This document shows, piece after piece, positions 49,276-62,104 of a stretch of DNA of 64,000 bases (positions are counted from its first letter, which is position 1; every line of letters begins with the position of its first letter). The notes beneath the pieces are model-generated. The model was not told the DNA's origin. It did no database searches and saw only the letters and a list, made by a program, of their open reading frames with translations. Origin of the DNA: Azolla caroliniana (lineage: Eukaryota > Plantae > Polypodiophyta); assembly GCA_043228905.1 (NCBI GenBank), contig JBHGNT010000006.1:16864001-16928000 (forward strand), given 5' to 3'. Both the position numbers and the translations under genes were made by a program.

Positions 49276-52200
49276 TTATCCCTCCTTGTGTATATGTATA
49301 TTTATTTATCCATCTAGCTGTTGGTCGCCAGATCCCAATTATGTTGCCGGTTGCCGCCGGCTCATTGGCTCCATCGCTGGTCCGGTTTTGGTTGGCCAAA
49401 AGCTTTGCAAGTAGCCAAGCCACACCCATTCATCCAATAGCTTAGTTCAAGTCACCTTGTACTCTCTATGCTCCACACATAGACACAAAGATAATAACTT
49501 TTGCTCTACCTTATATATGGTGAGATCCTTATTTATCTTGTCTATGTGGGATATCTCACAATTTTATTTTTCTCTTTGTCTTTGCAAACTTCTTACCCAC
49601 ATAAGTTGACACTTTAGATGTTTCTTATGTAGTAAAGTGGATCCGAAAGCTCTTCAAGGCCTCCATCTTTTTGTAGTTTTATGTGATTTTCACACCATTG
49701 CCAAAAATTTTCACGACATCCACCCCCACCAAACCGCACGTCCTCTAGTACGTGCCAATCAAATTCCTGCATGTCCTCATTCACATCCGTCGTACTATCT
49801 TCATTGTCGAGGTGATCGAGGTCAGGATCCTCGTCTTGTCTTTTCTTGAAAACCTTTACTCTTTTTCCCGTAATGGGTATGGCCGACCTTGATCCATCTA
49901 GCTCCGCAAGGTGGTATGTGGCATTGTTGTTGGCACTTATCACCACATACGGTCTGAACCATTTTCTTGCGAACTTTCTTGTTGTACTGTGTTGATTGTG
50001 AAGGCTGCTCTCATAGACCAATACCCAATCTCCTTCTTTGATCTTCTTGGTAAGCAGTCGATGTGTCTTGTCGAACCAAATTTTATTCTTCACTCGAGCT
50101 GCCTCCATCATTTTTCGCGCATGTTCTAGATTTTCAAGTCTCCTTTCAAGTTGCCTTATCCGTGCCGCTAATAATTTTTCTCGGCTCATCTTGTTCTCCC
50201 ATGGTATCGCTACCCGTGAGGCGATCATCCTTTTGATGGGCATCACCGGCTTTTGTCCATACATAAGCTCCGTTGGCATATACCTTGTCACCGAGCTGTG
50301 TGTCGTTCTGTCGGCCCACAAGGCATAGGGCAATAGTCGTGGCCAATTCCCGACTCGACCATTGCATGCTCGTGCGATGGCTTTGACGATGGGTCCATGC
50401 CCTCGCTCGATCTTCCCATTTGCTTCTGGATTGTAGGCAGTCGTGAGGGAGAGCTTCATGCCTAGTCGTTCAAAAAGCTCCATTGCTTCGTGTGCATCCA
50501 ACTCCCCTCGATCGGAGACTATCTTCCCCACACACCCATATCGGCAGACAACCTCTTCAAGTAGAAATTTGCAAACAACTGACGTCGTCTTCAAGGTCTA
50601 CCCTTCCACTTGATTTGTCAAGTCTTCTCTTGCCAGCACTAAGTACTTCATTTTTCCCACTCCCATTGGCATCGAGACTAGATCAACCATCCATTTGAAG
50701 TGTATGGTGAGCGGGTATGTCGGTCGTAGCTCATCACGACGACGTATGTTGGAATGTACTTGGCAAGTTTCGCATGTGGACACGAAATGGAGTACATCTT
50801 TGTACATGCTTGGCCACCAATACTTTTCCTTCAACTTTTCAAATGTCGCCCATGTTCCTCTATGACCTGCCCAAGCACTCTCGTGGAATTCGGTCATCAG
50901 CGTCACTTGCTCTTCTTTCTTCACCACTCGGCGTGGTATTCCCATCCTTCTTTTTGGGTGTCGCCAAAGGAATCCTCCCTTCAGGAAGTATCAATAAGCT
51001 TTCTTCCGGATTCGTAGAGCCTCCTCCTTTGTCAACGAAGCATCCTTTGTCATTGTTCTTAAGAATCTGCCGATCAGTAACCACTCTCCTTCATACTCAT
51101 CCTCGTTGAAGGCGTGGAGGGTTAGCATGTCCTTGTTTTCCGTTGATAATCGAGCCATCTTGAAGAAGTCGAGGGTGACGTCTTCATCTTCCGAAACCAT
51201 CTCACTTTCACTTTCAAATCTTGCCCTTGACAACATATCAGCCATGGTGTTCTTCTTGCCTGCAATGTGGCGGATCTCTGGGCTTAAAGACTTGATATAG
51301 GCGATCCACCTTAGCATAGCTAAATTTGGGGTCGCACATCCCGATATCATCCCGAGGATTGGGAGACAATCTGTCTCTATTATCACTTCCGACCTGATCA
51401 GGTAATCTTTGTCCGTCTTCACTACCAACACAATACCCCAAAGTTCCCGCTTGACTTGAGCGTATCTTTGTTGCCGTTCGCTGAGAACTTTTGCTCCGAA
51501 CCGGATGGCATACCTCACATTATCTTCTCCTTCTTGGTTGATGACCCACCCGATTCCGGTTGGGCTCGTATCTACAGTCACGTAAATCGGCTTTCCTTCG
51601 GTATAGTCGGCCTTTCTTAGTGCTGGAGCTTCAAGAAGTAGTTTCTTCAATCTTCGCATCGCATTCCTATGCTCGTCACGCCATTCGAACTTCACTCTTT
51701 TCTTTAGCAATCCATATAATGGCTCGACGACATGAGCGTAGTGTGGAATCCATATATGGTAAAATGCGCATGCTCCAAGGAACCTTCGAACCTCCGTTTG
51801 GTTTACGCATTCTTCTTTCATGTCCTGGATCGCGTTCACCTTTGATGGCAAAGGCTTTCAGCCGTATGCTCCACATAAGTGACCTACCACCAAGATCTCT
51901 GGTTGCCCGAATGCGGATTTCTCTCCCAAAAATGTCAAATTCGCATCTTCGGAATATCATCCAAGAATGGCATCGTGATGTCTAGGATGCAATCCTTCAA
52001 GACCTTGTTCATGGCATTCACCATATGAGCCACCGAGTTCGTTGCACCTTGAGGTAAGGTACACATCCGTACGAGCCTGATCGGAGTAATGTCAAGACTG
52101 TCGATCGCCAATTGGAATTGGTCATATCCAAAGTAGAGATCACCAATGGAGTAGATGGACCAGCCCGCAAACGCCTCGACAAATTCGTCCACGCTCGGAC

Positions 52201-53056
52201 CGATTCCAGAATTTCGAATTGTCACCTTGTTGACGGGTTGAAGATCTTGGATGAATCGCAATGATCCATTCTTCTTCGGCACTATGAACCACCTATTAGA
52301 GTAAGGAGCATTCAACGGTTCTAGAATACCCATATTCACTTTCTCCTTTAAGAGCTCGATCAGCTTCGGAAGGTGCGCTTTTGGAACTGAGATCGGTTTC
52401 AAATTCCAAGGCACATGCAGCACCGTGAAGATCACCATCGGCTCTATAATCTTTGGGTCAGCACATCCGATTTCTTGGGGAGAGAATGCGAAGGCTTTCC
52501 CATGCCTTTCAAGCATTTCACGAAACTTTCTCTCCTCTTCAAGGAGGAGGAAATCCTCCTTTCCAACTCGTAACTTTCTTTTTGTCTCTTCAGTGAAGAC
52601 ATGACCTATTGTCTTTGGATCCCTTAAGCTTGGATCATTAGTGACTTCCTTCACCTTTTGCCAGCTATCTTCCGGTAGCGGAACCGGAACTGGCTTGATC
52701 TTCTAATCCACCGTTTTAGATTTTGTGTTGACTTCAGCTTCCTCCATCAAGATGCCACAATAGTATTCATCGATGATAGCGTACATGTTGACGGAGTTAA
52801 CCGAAATCACGCGTTGGTCGTGAAGATAGCTCAAGTCCACGACGTCCTCGATTTCGCCAATGGTGTCGTTAAATGAGGCTTCTTCCATAATATGAGTCAC
52901 GAACTCTTCTTCTTCTATTATGTTTTCTTCTTTTAGCATCTTCTCGAATTCTTGTATCCGATGCTTGTCCTTCTTGTCGGGTAGTACTAGTTTACATGTG
53001 CCACTAGGTGTGACACATGTTGCTTCTCCTTGCAATCCACGTGCTCTTCTTTCTTG

Positions 53057-53119
53057 TGGGGACTTGTGATCACTCGGACTATTTGTGCCCCATGCTTCAA
53101 TAGTCCACTCTAAAAATCC
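53057..53119 (-). promoter_or_regulatory. Putative programmed -1 ribosomal frameshift signal (slippery heptamer plus pseudoknot)
   Basis: G GAT TTT TAG ends gag-pro; the -1 frame is open into pol; 6-nt spacer; stem GGACTATT/AATAGTCC; loop TGGGG pairs with downstream CCCCA. Confidence 0.75.
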
Positions 53120-55819
53120 GAGGATTCGCCTCCAAGACTATCTCGATTTCTTTCATGATTAGCTCGCACCGTTAGGAATTGAACAGATCTTTCGTTGTCA
53201 AGACTCTTTATTCGAGCAAATGCCGCGCCATTGTCGAACACTTTGGTTTCCATCCGAGATGATGTGATATACGGTTGTCCTAGGATGACAGGATGCAACG
53301 CCGATTCTTGCACGAAGAAGTGTTGATCCATCTCCACATCCCCGATCGCGACTTTAACATTGGGACAAGCTCCGTACAAGTCCTTCGTAGTTTTTGTTGC
53401 CGTACGAATCTTCCATCCGTGATTTGTATTGATTGGCCATCTTCCTTTTTTGTAGAAGTCGGTTGACATGAGGTTGATCTGCAACCATGGTCGATCAAGG
53501 CTACCACGATCTCTTTCTTCTCCCCGATCTTCACCGACGTCTCCGTTGTTGCTCATGCCCAATGAGGTCGAGTATAGTGGTTGTCCACCATTTCTTCATC
53601 GACTTCGTCTCTTGCCATCGTTATGGCATTTGCTTTCGCTTTTAGGGGCTTCTCTTCTTCTTCGTCTGATTGTTGCCTTTTTCGCTTTACAAGGTCCACG
53701 ATCATGTCGTGGAACTCCTTCGTAATGCCGAGTAATTCCCTCAAGGACAAAGTCACGTGGTTGTCAAGAATGCATTCCTCGAGAATCTTCTTTAGGTTTG
53801 TCATCTGCTCTATGTCCGACCTTAGCTTATAGGTAGGCATAGTCCTTGTCTTTCGAGAGGGGTCTTCGACACCAATCTTCACGGGCCGAACCGTTTCTTC
53901 GACTCGTTTGCTCGACTCTGCTTTTTGGCTTCCATCTCCTTCCTCCATTTGCAAGGGTCGACTCATCTCTGCATCTTCTTTCTTTTTCGTGTTCCTTGTT
54001 TCATGTCTTTTTGATGGGCCTTGCTCTTCTATTCTTTTTCTCTTTTCTTTGACGAACACCTCGTGGTTGTCGTACATCACTTCCGCGAATATGGTGTTGT
54101 TATCCACCGGATCCGACCACCCGGTTATGCTTTGCACGCTTCGGTCCGCAAGCTCTACCTTGTTCGATGTGAACTTCCCCATCTTCTCATACTCGAGAAC
54201 AGAAGACCAAAACTTTGCTCCCACTTTCGCAACTTCATTTTTGTCTTTCCTGACTCTTATTTCGGCCGTTGTAGCATAATGCATCGCATCCACATGAGTC
54301 GCCTCAGCTTCTTCCATAGATTTCTTCATTCCCCCTCTTCCGAAATTCACCCACAGGGGTTTTCGAGTTTCAGTCGAGCAGATCATGTTGGCATCTATGT
54401 ATATGATATTTTGTCGGATCGCCTCTCGAAGGCTCGCGCAATCCCTTCTCATGTGGTCCATGCTATCGCACCACACATATCTAAAGGGTTCTTTTCCTTT
54501 GGGCCCCCGATGATTCATGTTGGCTAGCGTGACCATCTCGAACTTCTTCGCTAGCTCTTCGATGATGTCGTCATCAATCTTCTTTTCTTCCGGGCTGCTT
54601 TGTTTGGGCGGCTCAGCTACTTTCGGTTGCCTTGTTTTCTCCGCGACAGTTGATCCCGCCAAGTCGGTGTCATCAACCCACTGACGACGCTTGTCGAGCC
54701 TATTGCATGCTCACTTCACCGCAACCCAGTTCGCCACAAGCCCATTCACTTGGGTATCATCTTCGAGGAGAGTACCCAGTTCTCGTCTATCCTTTATATC
54801 CACAACATTTAGGAAGTACAAATTTCTATCCTCGTCAAGTAGCACTTGGTCTGTGGTGGGGAGACGACGAAACATTTGGTCGAATTCGTCGTACACCCTC
54901 GAGGCGCTCATCTTCTTATTCTTCTTTTCTATCCACTTCATCAGGGCATGTCGAGTCATCCTCGTTGAGTCTTCAGTCACGAACTCCACTAATATCTCTT
55001 TCTCAAACTTGGACCATGTTGTCTTACCTTCCTGAAGCTCGATGACGAGTCTTTGGATGTTGTTGGTGACCACCCTGTTGAAACTCGTGATTTGTCGTGC
55101 TTCAAACACGTCTCTTTGATTCATCTCCCTTTTGTATGCATCAAGGAACTTCGTAACGTTCCTTCCATCAAATTGACCCTCGAGCTCTACGGCATGATCG
55201 AAGACCTTCTCCACGCTCGCATCGTTGTCTCAAGATCTCATCATTTGTTCGACGATTATCATCATCCTTTCGAATTTTCCCGCTTGATTTCTTGAGGATG
55301 CCATCTCCAAGTTTCGGTTGATCCTTGACTTGATCCTTCTTACCGCCTCTTTCACGTCGGGTTCACCACTTAATTATGTCGTGAAGATCCGTCACTAGGC
55401 GTATCGTGAGACGGAACCGCCGGGGTTTTGGACCGGAAGGATTCGAAGTTTATTCTATGCTAGTTTTAGCAAGAAAGTATTTAAGATAGATCGAGAGAGA
55501 TTGATATGGCAAGAGAGAGATATTGAAATAAAGATTTAACTCTTGATTCTAGATTTTAGAGAGAAGATACAACAACAATAGGGTTACAAGTTTCTTATTT
55601 GATCATCCAAAAATTTTCATTCCCCTTTCATCTTCCCCCCCCCCCTTTTATAGATGCCCTCATGCATGTGATGGTACAAGACATGCATAAAATGCATGTT
55701 TGCCATTTGGTGCTCATGTATTACATGTGGTGCATGATAATCATGTCACTCATTTTAGCTCTCATGTATAAGAATTTACATGTAAAGTTATAATAATAAA
55801 AATATAATTCTAAGAATAT

Positions 55820-55881
55820 GTGTTGGCTTAGTGGTAAGCGTATTGACTCCTAACTTGGAGGTGCAAGGTTCAAATCCTTAG
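55820..55881 (+). promoter_or_regulatory. tRNA-derived Pol III A/B-box cassette, second LTR copy
   Basis: Same sequence as 49214-49275; A box 55824-55834, B box 55867-55877. Confidence 0.7.
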
Positions 55882-57290
55882 TTATCCCTCCTTGTGTATA
55901 TGTATATATATATATATTTATTTATTTACCCATCTTGCCGCCGGTTGCCAGATCCCGATTATGTTGCCGGTTGCCGCTGGCTCATTGGCTCCATCGCCGG
56001 TCCGGTTTTGGTTGGCCAAAAGCTTTGCAAGTAGCCAAGCCACACCCATTCATCAAATAGCTTAGTTCAAGTCACCTTGTACTCTCTATGCTCTACACAT
56101 AGAGACAAAGATAATAGCTTTTGCTCTACCTTATATATGGTGAGATCCTTATTTATCTTGTCTATGTGGGATATCTCACAATTTTATTTTTCTCTTTGTC
56201 TTTGCAAACTTCTTACCCACATAAGTTGACACTTTAGATGTCTATTTCTTATGTAGTAAAGTGGATCCAAAAGCTCTTCAAAACCTCCATCTTTTTGTAG
56301 TTTTATGTGATTTTCACACCATTGCCGAAAATCTTCACGACAACGTCGTTCCTGAATTTTGGCGAAGCTTCACGTTTTTGTCTAGAGGGGTTGAGATGGA
56401 CTTACAATCCCAAGGATCTCTTCGATCCTGAGGAAGTAATGAAGGTCCCCCAGATCCTTCATTTTGAATGATGCCGGAAGCTGAGACTTTACTCAATTGA
56501 TTTCTCTGAGTTCGACGCGGGCGATGACTACATCATCGACATATAGTAGAATACTAATTGGTTTAGTCCGACTTAGCTGAATGAACAGTGAAGAGTCTGA
56601 ATTTGATGAAGCAAACCCCATCCTACGTAACCGCGACGTGATCTTGGCTTTCCAGGCACACGAGGCTTGCTTAAGTCCATACAATGACTTTTTCAATCGG
56701 CAAACTGTCAAGGTGTTTCGTTCGGATAGAAATCCGGGGGGTTGTATCATGTACATTTGTTCCTCAAGATCACCTTGCAGGAACGCGTTCTTTACATCCA
56801 TTTGATGTAAGTGCCACCCCTTTGCCGCTATTACCGCAAGTAAGCCACGAACTGTCATCATCTTCGCGACCGGCGCAAAGGTCTCATTGTAATCGAAGCC
56901 ATGTTTTTGCGCGTAGCCCTTCGCCCCCAATCGGGCCTTATATCGGTTGACTAAGACGTAAGTGTTGTACTTGACCTTGTACACCCACCTGCATCCGATC
57001 AGCTTCACACCCTTGGGGGCGTCAACCAGGTCCCAAGTCTCGTTCTTCGTTAACACGCGCATATCTTCCACCATAGCAGCACGCCAATTTGCGTCCATGG
57101 TTGCTTCTACGTAGCTCTATGGCTCACGCACGTTTGCCACCATCGCCATATAATGCTCATTGTACCTATACCGAATTACGAGATTCTTTTGGCAGGTGGA
57201 TCGACGCAACTTCTGGTTCGCCGATTTAATGGCCCTCTCGGTTGACTTATACCCCATTTTCAGAAGTCCCTCCTTGCTTCTAGTCATGTC

Positions 57291-60200
57291 TATGGAACTA
57301 TGTGTATATATGTATACGTATGCAGAAGATGTTTGCGGACCTGTTCGCTTATGCACAGAAAACAACACACAGAAAATACAGTCAATCGAGACTTAGACAA
57401 TCGATCTAGCTTTAATGGAAAGCTTCTTATTACTTCATTCTCTCTCTGAGATACAATACTCTTCTCGTCATTACTCATTACAATGTTAGGTATTCGCTTA
57501 TATATTAAGCCCTAACTTTTTAACGAGTTCACACTCAGACGGATACAATTTGGAAGGAGTCGGTCTTTTATCCCAACAAACTCCCCCATAAAAGGACTAC
57601 TCTTTCTTGCATGTACAAGTGTTTGGGATTATCTCTTTTGTAAACCTTGTTTACAAAATTGATCTAAGTTTATATGTTACAAGTCGGTCGACATGCACCC
57701 GAGTCGGCAGATGTATAGGATGTGTCATTATTGTTTCGATCAGATCTTACCTTCTGCTCCTTGTTCGGCTTTCTTCTGCTCGGTCGCTTGTCGTAGCCCT
57801 ATTTTCTTCCTTAGTGCTCCGAAGCGTATATCTGGGAGTGGCTTTGTCAGGCAATCGACGATGTTCACCTCGGTGTCGATCTTCCGGACTTCGAGTTTCT
57901 TTTCGTTTACGAGCTCCCGGATATGATGATACTGTACCTCAATGTGCTTCATCTTCGCATGATAGACGGGATTGTTGATGAGGTGTATTGCACTTTGTGA
58001 GTTGCAATAGATGGTCGACGTTGGTCGGTCGTTTCGGTTTGTAGTTCCGAAGTCCACAGTAAGTCGGTGCAGCCAGATCACTTCCTTCACTGCTTCCGAT
58101 GTTGTTATGTACTCGGCTTCTGTGTTAGACAAAGCCGTGTACTCTTGAAGTTTCGACCTCCATGATATCGCACCACCACCATAGGTGAAGATGTGGCCTG
58201 CTATCGATTTTCGATTGTCCGTGTTCCTGGCATAGTCGAAATCGGTGTAGCCTTCGTCTTCGGCTGAGGTTGTCAGTCTGAAAGTCAGCTGTGCATCTGT
58301 GGTTCCTTTTAGATACCTAAGGATGTTCTTGACGGCCTCCTAGTGCTTCTTTCCTAGGCTTGACATGTACCAGCTGAGCACCCCTACGACATAGGCTAAG
58401 TCGGGTCGGGTCGTCACCATTGTGTACATGATACTTCCTACTGCCGATATGTAGGGTATCTTTCCATTAAGATCTCTCTCCTTGTCCGTTGCAGGAGAGT
58501 CTCTGTCTGATAGTCTAATAGTCTGATCGACATTGGAAGCGGTATCGGTGTTGGCTTCGCATTCTCCATGTTGAAGCGCTTCAGCACCTTGAGGATGTAT
58601 TCGGACTGGGAGAGTCGGAGAGTTTTGGTCGTCCGATTTCACTCTATCCTCATGCCGAGTATGTGTCGGGCTTGTCCGAGTTCCTTCATCGTGAACTTTG
58701 CATGAAGGCTCCGCTTCAGCTTACTGATCTCTACTTGATTGCTCCCTACAATCAACATGTCATCAACGTATAGGATCAAATAGATCCTAGACTCGTCGGC
58801 CAATTGCCAAACATACATGCATGGGCCGGAGTCTATTTTGTTCGTATCCAAGCTGCTGTATGTAGGAGTCAAACTTCTTGTACCACATTCTCGATGCTTA
58901 TTTTAGGCCATATAGACTTTTCTTTAGTCGACATATAAGGTGACTGTCCTCCCCCGTCGTCGTGAACCCTGCCGATTGAGACATGTATATGTCTTCTTCC
59001 AGATCTCCGTGTAGGAATGTCGTCTTTACGTCCATCTGCTCGAGCTCTAGATCTTCTGTCACCACGACTCCTAGTAGGAGTCGGAGGGTGGTCATCTTGA
59101 CTATTGGCGAGAATATCTCGTTGTAGTCAACACCATATTCCTATTTGAATCCTTTCGCGACAAGTCGAGCTTTGTACTTGGGTTTCTCTGAGTTGGATAC
59201 ATACTTGTATCGGAAAACCCATTTGCAAGGTAGCCTCTTCCTTCCAGTTGGTAGTTCGACCAGCTCCCATGTCTGATTCTGATGAATCGAGTCCATTTCG
59301 GATTTCATGGCTTGTAGCCATGTTTCGGCGTTCGGTGCGGCCATAGCTTCTTCATACGTGCTTGGTTCGCCTACATCCGTGTAGTTGACATAATCGAGGC
59401 CCGATTGATAGAACTCTGTTTTCCTTCGAGCTCGTCCAGATCTCCTAGGTGCCGTAATATCTAGTTCGGATCCTTTGATCGGTTCGGATTGCCGATCGGT
59501 ATTTGTTGAACTAGTTGTTTCAGGAGTCTTGTCAGGTGTCCCGCCCCTGGTTTGGGATTTCGGCAGTGTCTGGTTGTCCTCCCCTGTGGTTGTTGTCGAC
59601 TCTTTTTTGACTTGTCTCTGACTCTCTTGGTGACTTTGCCTTTATCGATCCTTGTTGATTCGGCTGTGTCTTTGAAGACTTTGTCTTTGAGTTCGACGAT
59701 AGGACTTGTTGCCGATTCGGTGTTGGCAGGGAAGTTGGCAACTTGTTGGAGTTCGACTGTTTATCGAGTCTCCGATTTGGCCTGTTGGGTCGATCCTTCT
59801 ATGACAGTGCCGCCATCTTCGAAGGATACCTTCTTACCAACTATTTTCTGTTGGTTCCGCTAAGAGAAGATAGAGTCTTCATTGAAGACTATGTCACTAC
59901 TTCGGATCAATTTCCGATTCTCAAGGTCCCATACCCGGTAGCCATAGTCCCCATTGGTTCCATAATCGAGAAATATGCACTTTGTTGCATGGGGTGCCAA
60001 CTTCGTCCTTTTGTCCCTAGGGATAAAGGCGTAGGCTTCACATCCGAATATACGAAGCCTATTGTAGGTCGACTGTTTGCCTCACCATAGTGCCTATGGC
60101 ATTTCGGGCCTGATTGCTCTTGACGGCGCTAGATTTATCAGGTATACTGCCTTTTGCAATGCCTCGGCCCAGAATTGCAGCTTCAGTCCGGCTTGTTGGA

Positions 60201-61455
60201 GCATTGCCATCACCCTCTCTTGGATCGTCCCGTTGATCCGTTTTGCCACTCCATTTTGCATGGGTGTGTAGGGAACAGTCTTTTGGTGTTGGATCCCTTT
60301 TCCGGACAGGTACTGTTTGAAGGCTCTGGAGGTGTATTCACCTCCGTTGTCGGATCAAAGTGTCTTCACTCTATATCCCAACTGGTTCTCCACTTCTGAT
60401 ATCCTACGGGTGAAGACCTCGAGCGCTTCGTCTTTGGACTTGATGGAGTATGCCCAAACTTTCTGTGTACAATCATCTACGAATGTGATGAAGTATCGAG
60501 AGCCACCTAGTGATCGCTCTAGCATGGGCCCACATATGTCTGTGTGCACGAGCTCTAGGAGCTATCGTAACATCTCGTAGTGGAGAGTGTGGACTTCGGG
60601 TCTATTTCCCATATCAACAATGCTCGCAGCAGTCTGTCTTTGCCTGGAGTTTTGGAATGTAGCCGATCGACATCAGCCGATCAAGTCCGGCTTGAGACAT
60701 GTGGCCAAGTCGGCCATGCCATAGGTTCGGGTCAGTTTTCTCGACTACGTTCACGGCCCCTTCAGGGTTGATCGCCATTAATGGGTATAGATTATTATAC
60801 TTATGCCCACTACCGATTTTGAGGTTTCCTCGGCTGATCGCCCATGTCGACTCGTGTAGAGTTGTTCGATACCCGTCTTTGGCTAACATGCCAATGGAGA
60901 CCAGACTCCTCTTTAGATCGGGTACGTTCCGAACTCCGTGCAGGGTTATTGTGTTGCCATTTGGCAATCTGAGGGGAACCTCCCCGGTTCCGGCTATCTT
61001 GCACTCCTACCCGTTTCCCAGTCGGACTGTGCCGCTGGCGTCGGTTGAATAGTTCTAGAACCATTCAATGTTGGGGGTCACGTGAAATGTGGCGCCAGAG
61101 TCTAGTAGCCACGTGTGTGCAACTTGTGCACTGTAGAGGACTTCTCCGATCATTGAGTCCTCTAAAGAGAGAATTTCTCTGGATCAGGTGTCGGCAACAT
61201 TGATTTGGTTGTCGACTGGAGAGTGGTCCGAGACGGAACGTCCCCGATTCCGCTCGGATCGCCGACCACTCTCTTTTCTTTTATTGACCAGTTGTTGGAA
61301 ACATTGTGGCCAATTTTCTTGTTGTGTATGCAGTACTCACTTGTTCGGCCCGTTTTCAACTTCGACCGATGTCGGTTACCCCTTGTTTTCGATCGGTTGT
61401 AGCGTCAACCGGTTCTGTCAGCTTGTTCTTTTGTTCGACTCTGTCATTCGAATGA
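57291..61455 (-). mobile_element. Copia element (3' LTR ~57291-57578, pol and end of gag), 5' end lost
   Basis: TCCCAACA followed by PPT; WLLDSGATFH protease, LWHGRLGHMS, HTDICGP, LILYVDDML, and RNaseH motifs. Confidence 0.88.
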
Positions 61456-61975
61456 CTCGCTACCACTAAGGCGTAGGTGGGCTCTGATCTTGCCCTCAGC
61501 ATCTGGAATTGCCGTTCCAAACGTCGTTCGAAAAGGCAGTTGTCGCATCTCACCGCGCGACTGATTGCTTCTATTAATGACTTTGGTTCTTCGGGGAAGG
61601 TCAAGAGTAAATCCTTGACATCATTGCGTAAACCATAACGAAATTGCTCCATCAGTGCTTAATCATCCCAAGGGATATCGACGGCGAGTAGGCGGAAATC
61701 TGCAGCGTATGCAGAGGTTGGACGATCACCTTGGCGTAATCGTCAGATTTTGTTGATTGTTGTCCTTATGCTGTCAGTATCTCCAAAACAGGCTTTAAAC
61801 TCACTTATAAATTCTTCAAAATTGTTTAGTAATGGAGATTCCTTTTCTAACAACAGAGCGAACCATGTCAATGCTAAGCCACTAGGTAGAGTGCCTACTA
61901 GTCCCACTCGTGATGCATCGGTGGGATATCGAGAGGATGCATTTGAATCGCTAAACGTACTTGATTCAGAAAACG
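61456..61975 (-). pseudogene. Ty3/Gypsy gag (capsid) fragment
   Basis: GLALTWF..LLNNFEEFISEF..LRQG..SAYAADF..W..ALMEQFRYGL..VKD. Confidence 0.8.
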
Positions 61976-62104
61976 TCTAAATTGTGATATCGGGTCCCAT
62001 CAAATTTTGCAGGAAGACTGATCTTGGGTTCTTTGTGAATCCCTTGAGTGCTTGATCCTTGTTGTTGTAGTGATATAATAGTCGCTTCAAGTTGTTGTAC
62101 ACGT

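Larger units (their letters stand above)
48762..56342 (-). mobile_element. Full-length but decayed Ty3/Gypsy element, LTRs 48762-49718 and 55377-56342
   Basis: TGTCGTGAAG...TTCACGACA LTRs; tRNA-Trp PBS reverse complement TCACGTCGGGTTCACCA ~55351-55368; PPT; gag, protease (ALIDHG), RT (LPQGATNS, PFLDD, deletion after), RNaseH and integrase in Gypsy order. Confidence 0.95.
43760..57290 (-). mobile_element. Host Copia 3' half (3' LTR 43760-44154; RNaseH/RT at 44655-45062, 48623-48761 and 56343-57290), split by two Gypsy insertions
   Basis: The RT reading continues across both insertions (ILLYVDD ... LTITRTDLSYPVGLISQFM ... IL*YASGT); PPT next to the LTR. Confidence 0.8.

Noticed and set aside
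61976-62104. Short ORF-like segment between gag fragment and LTR
   Set aside because: Too short to assign; no recognisable motif.
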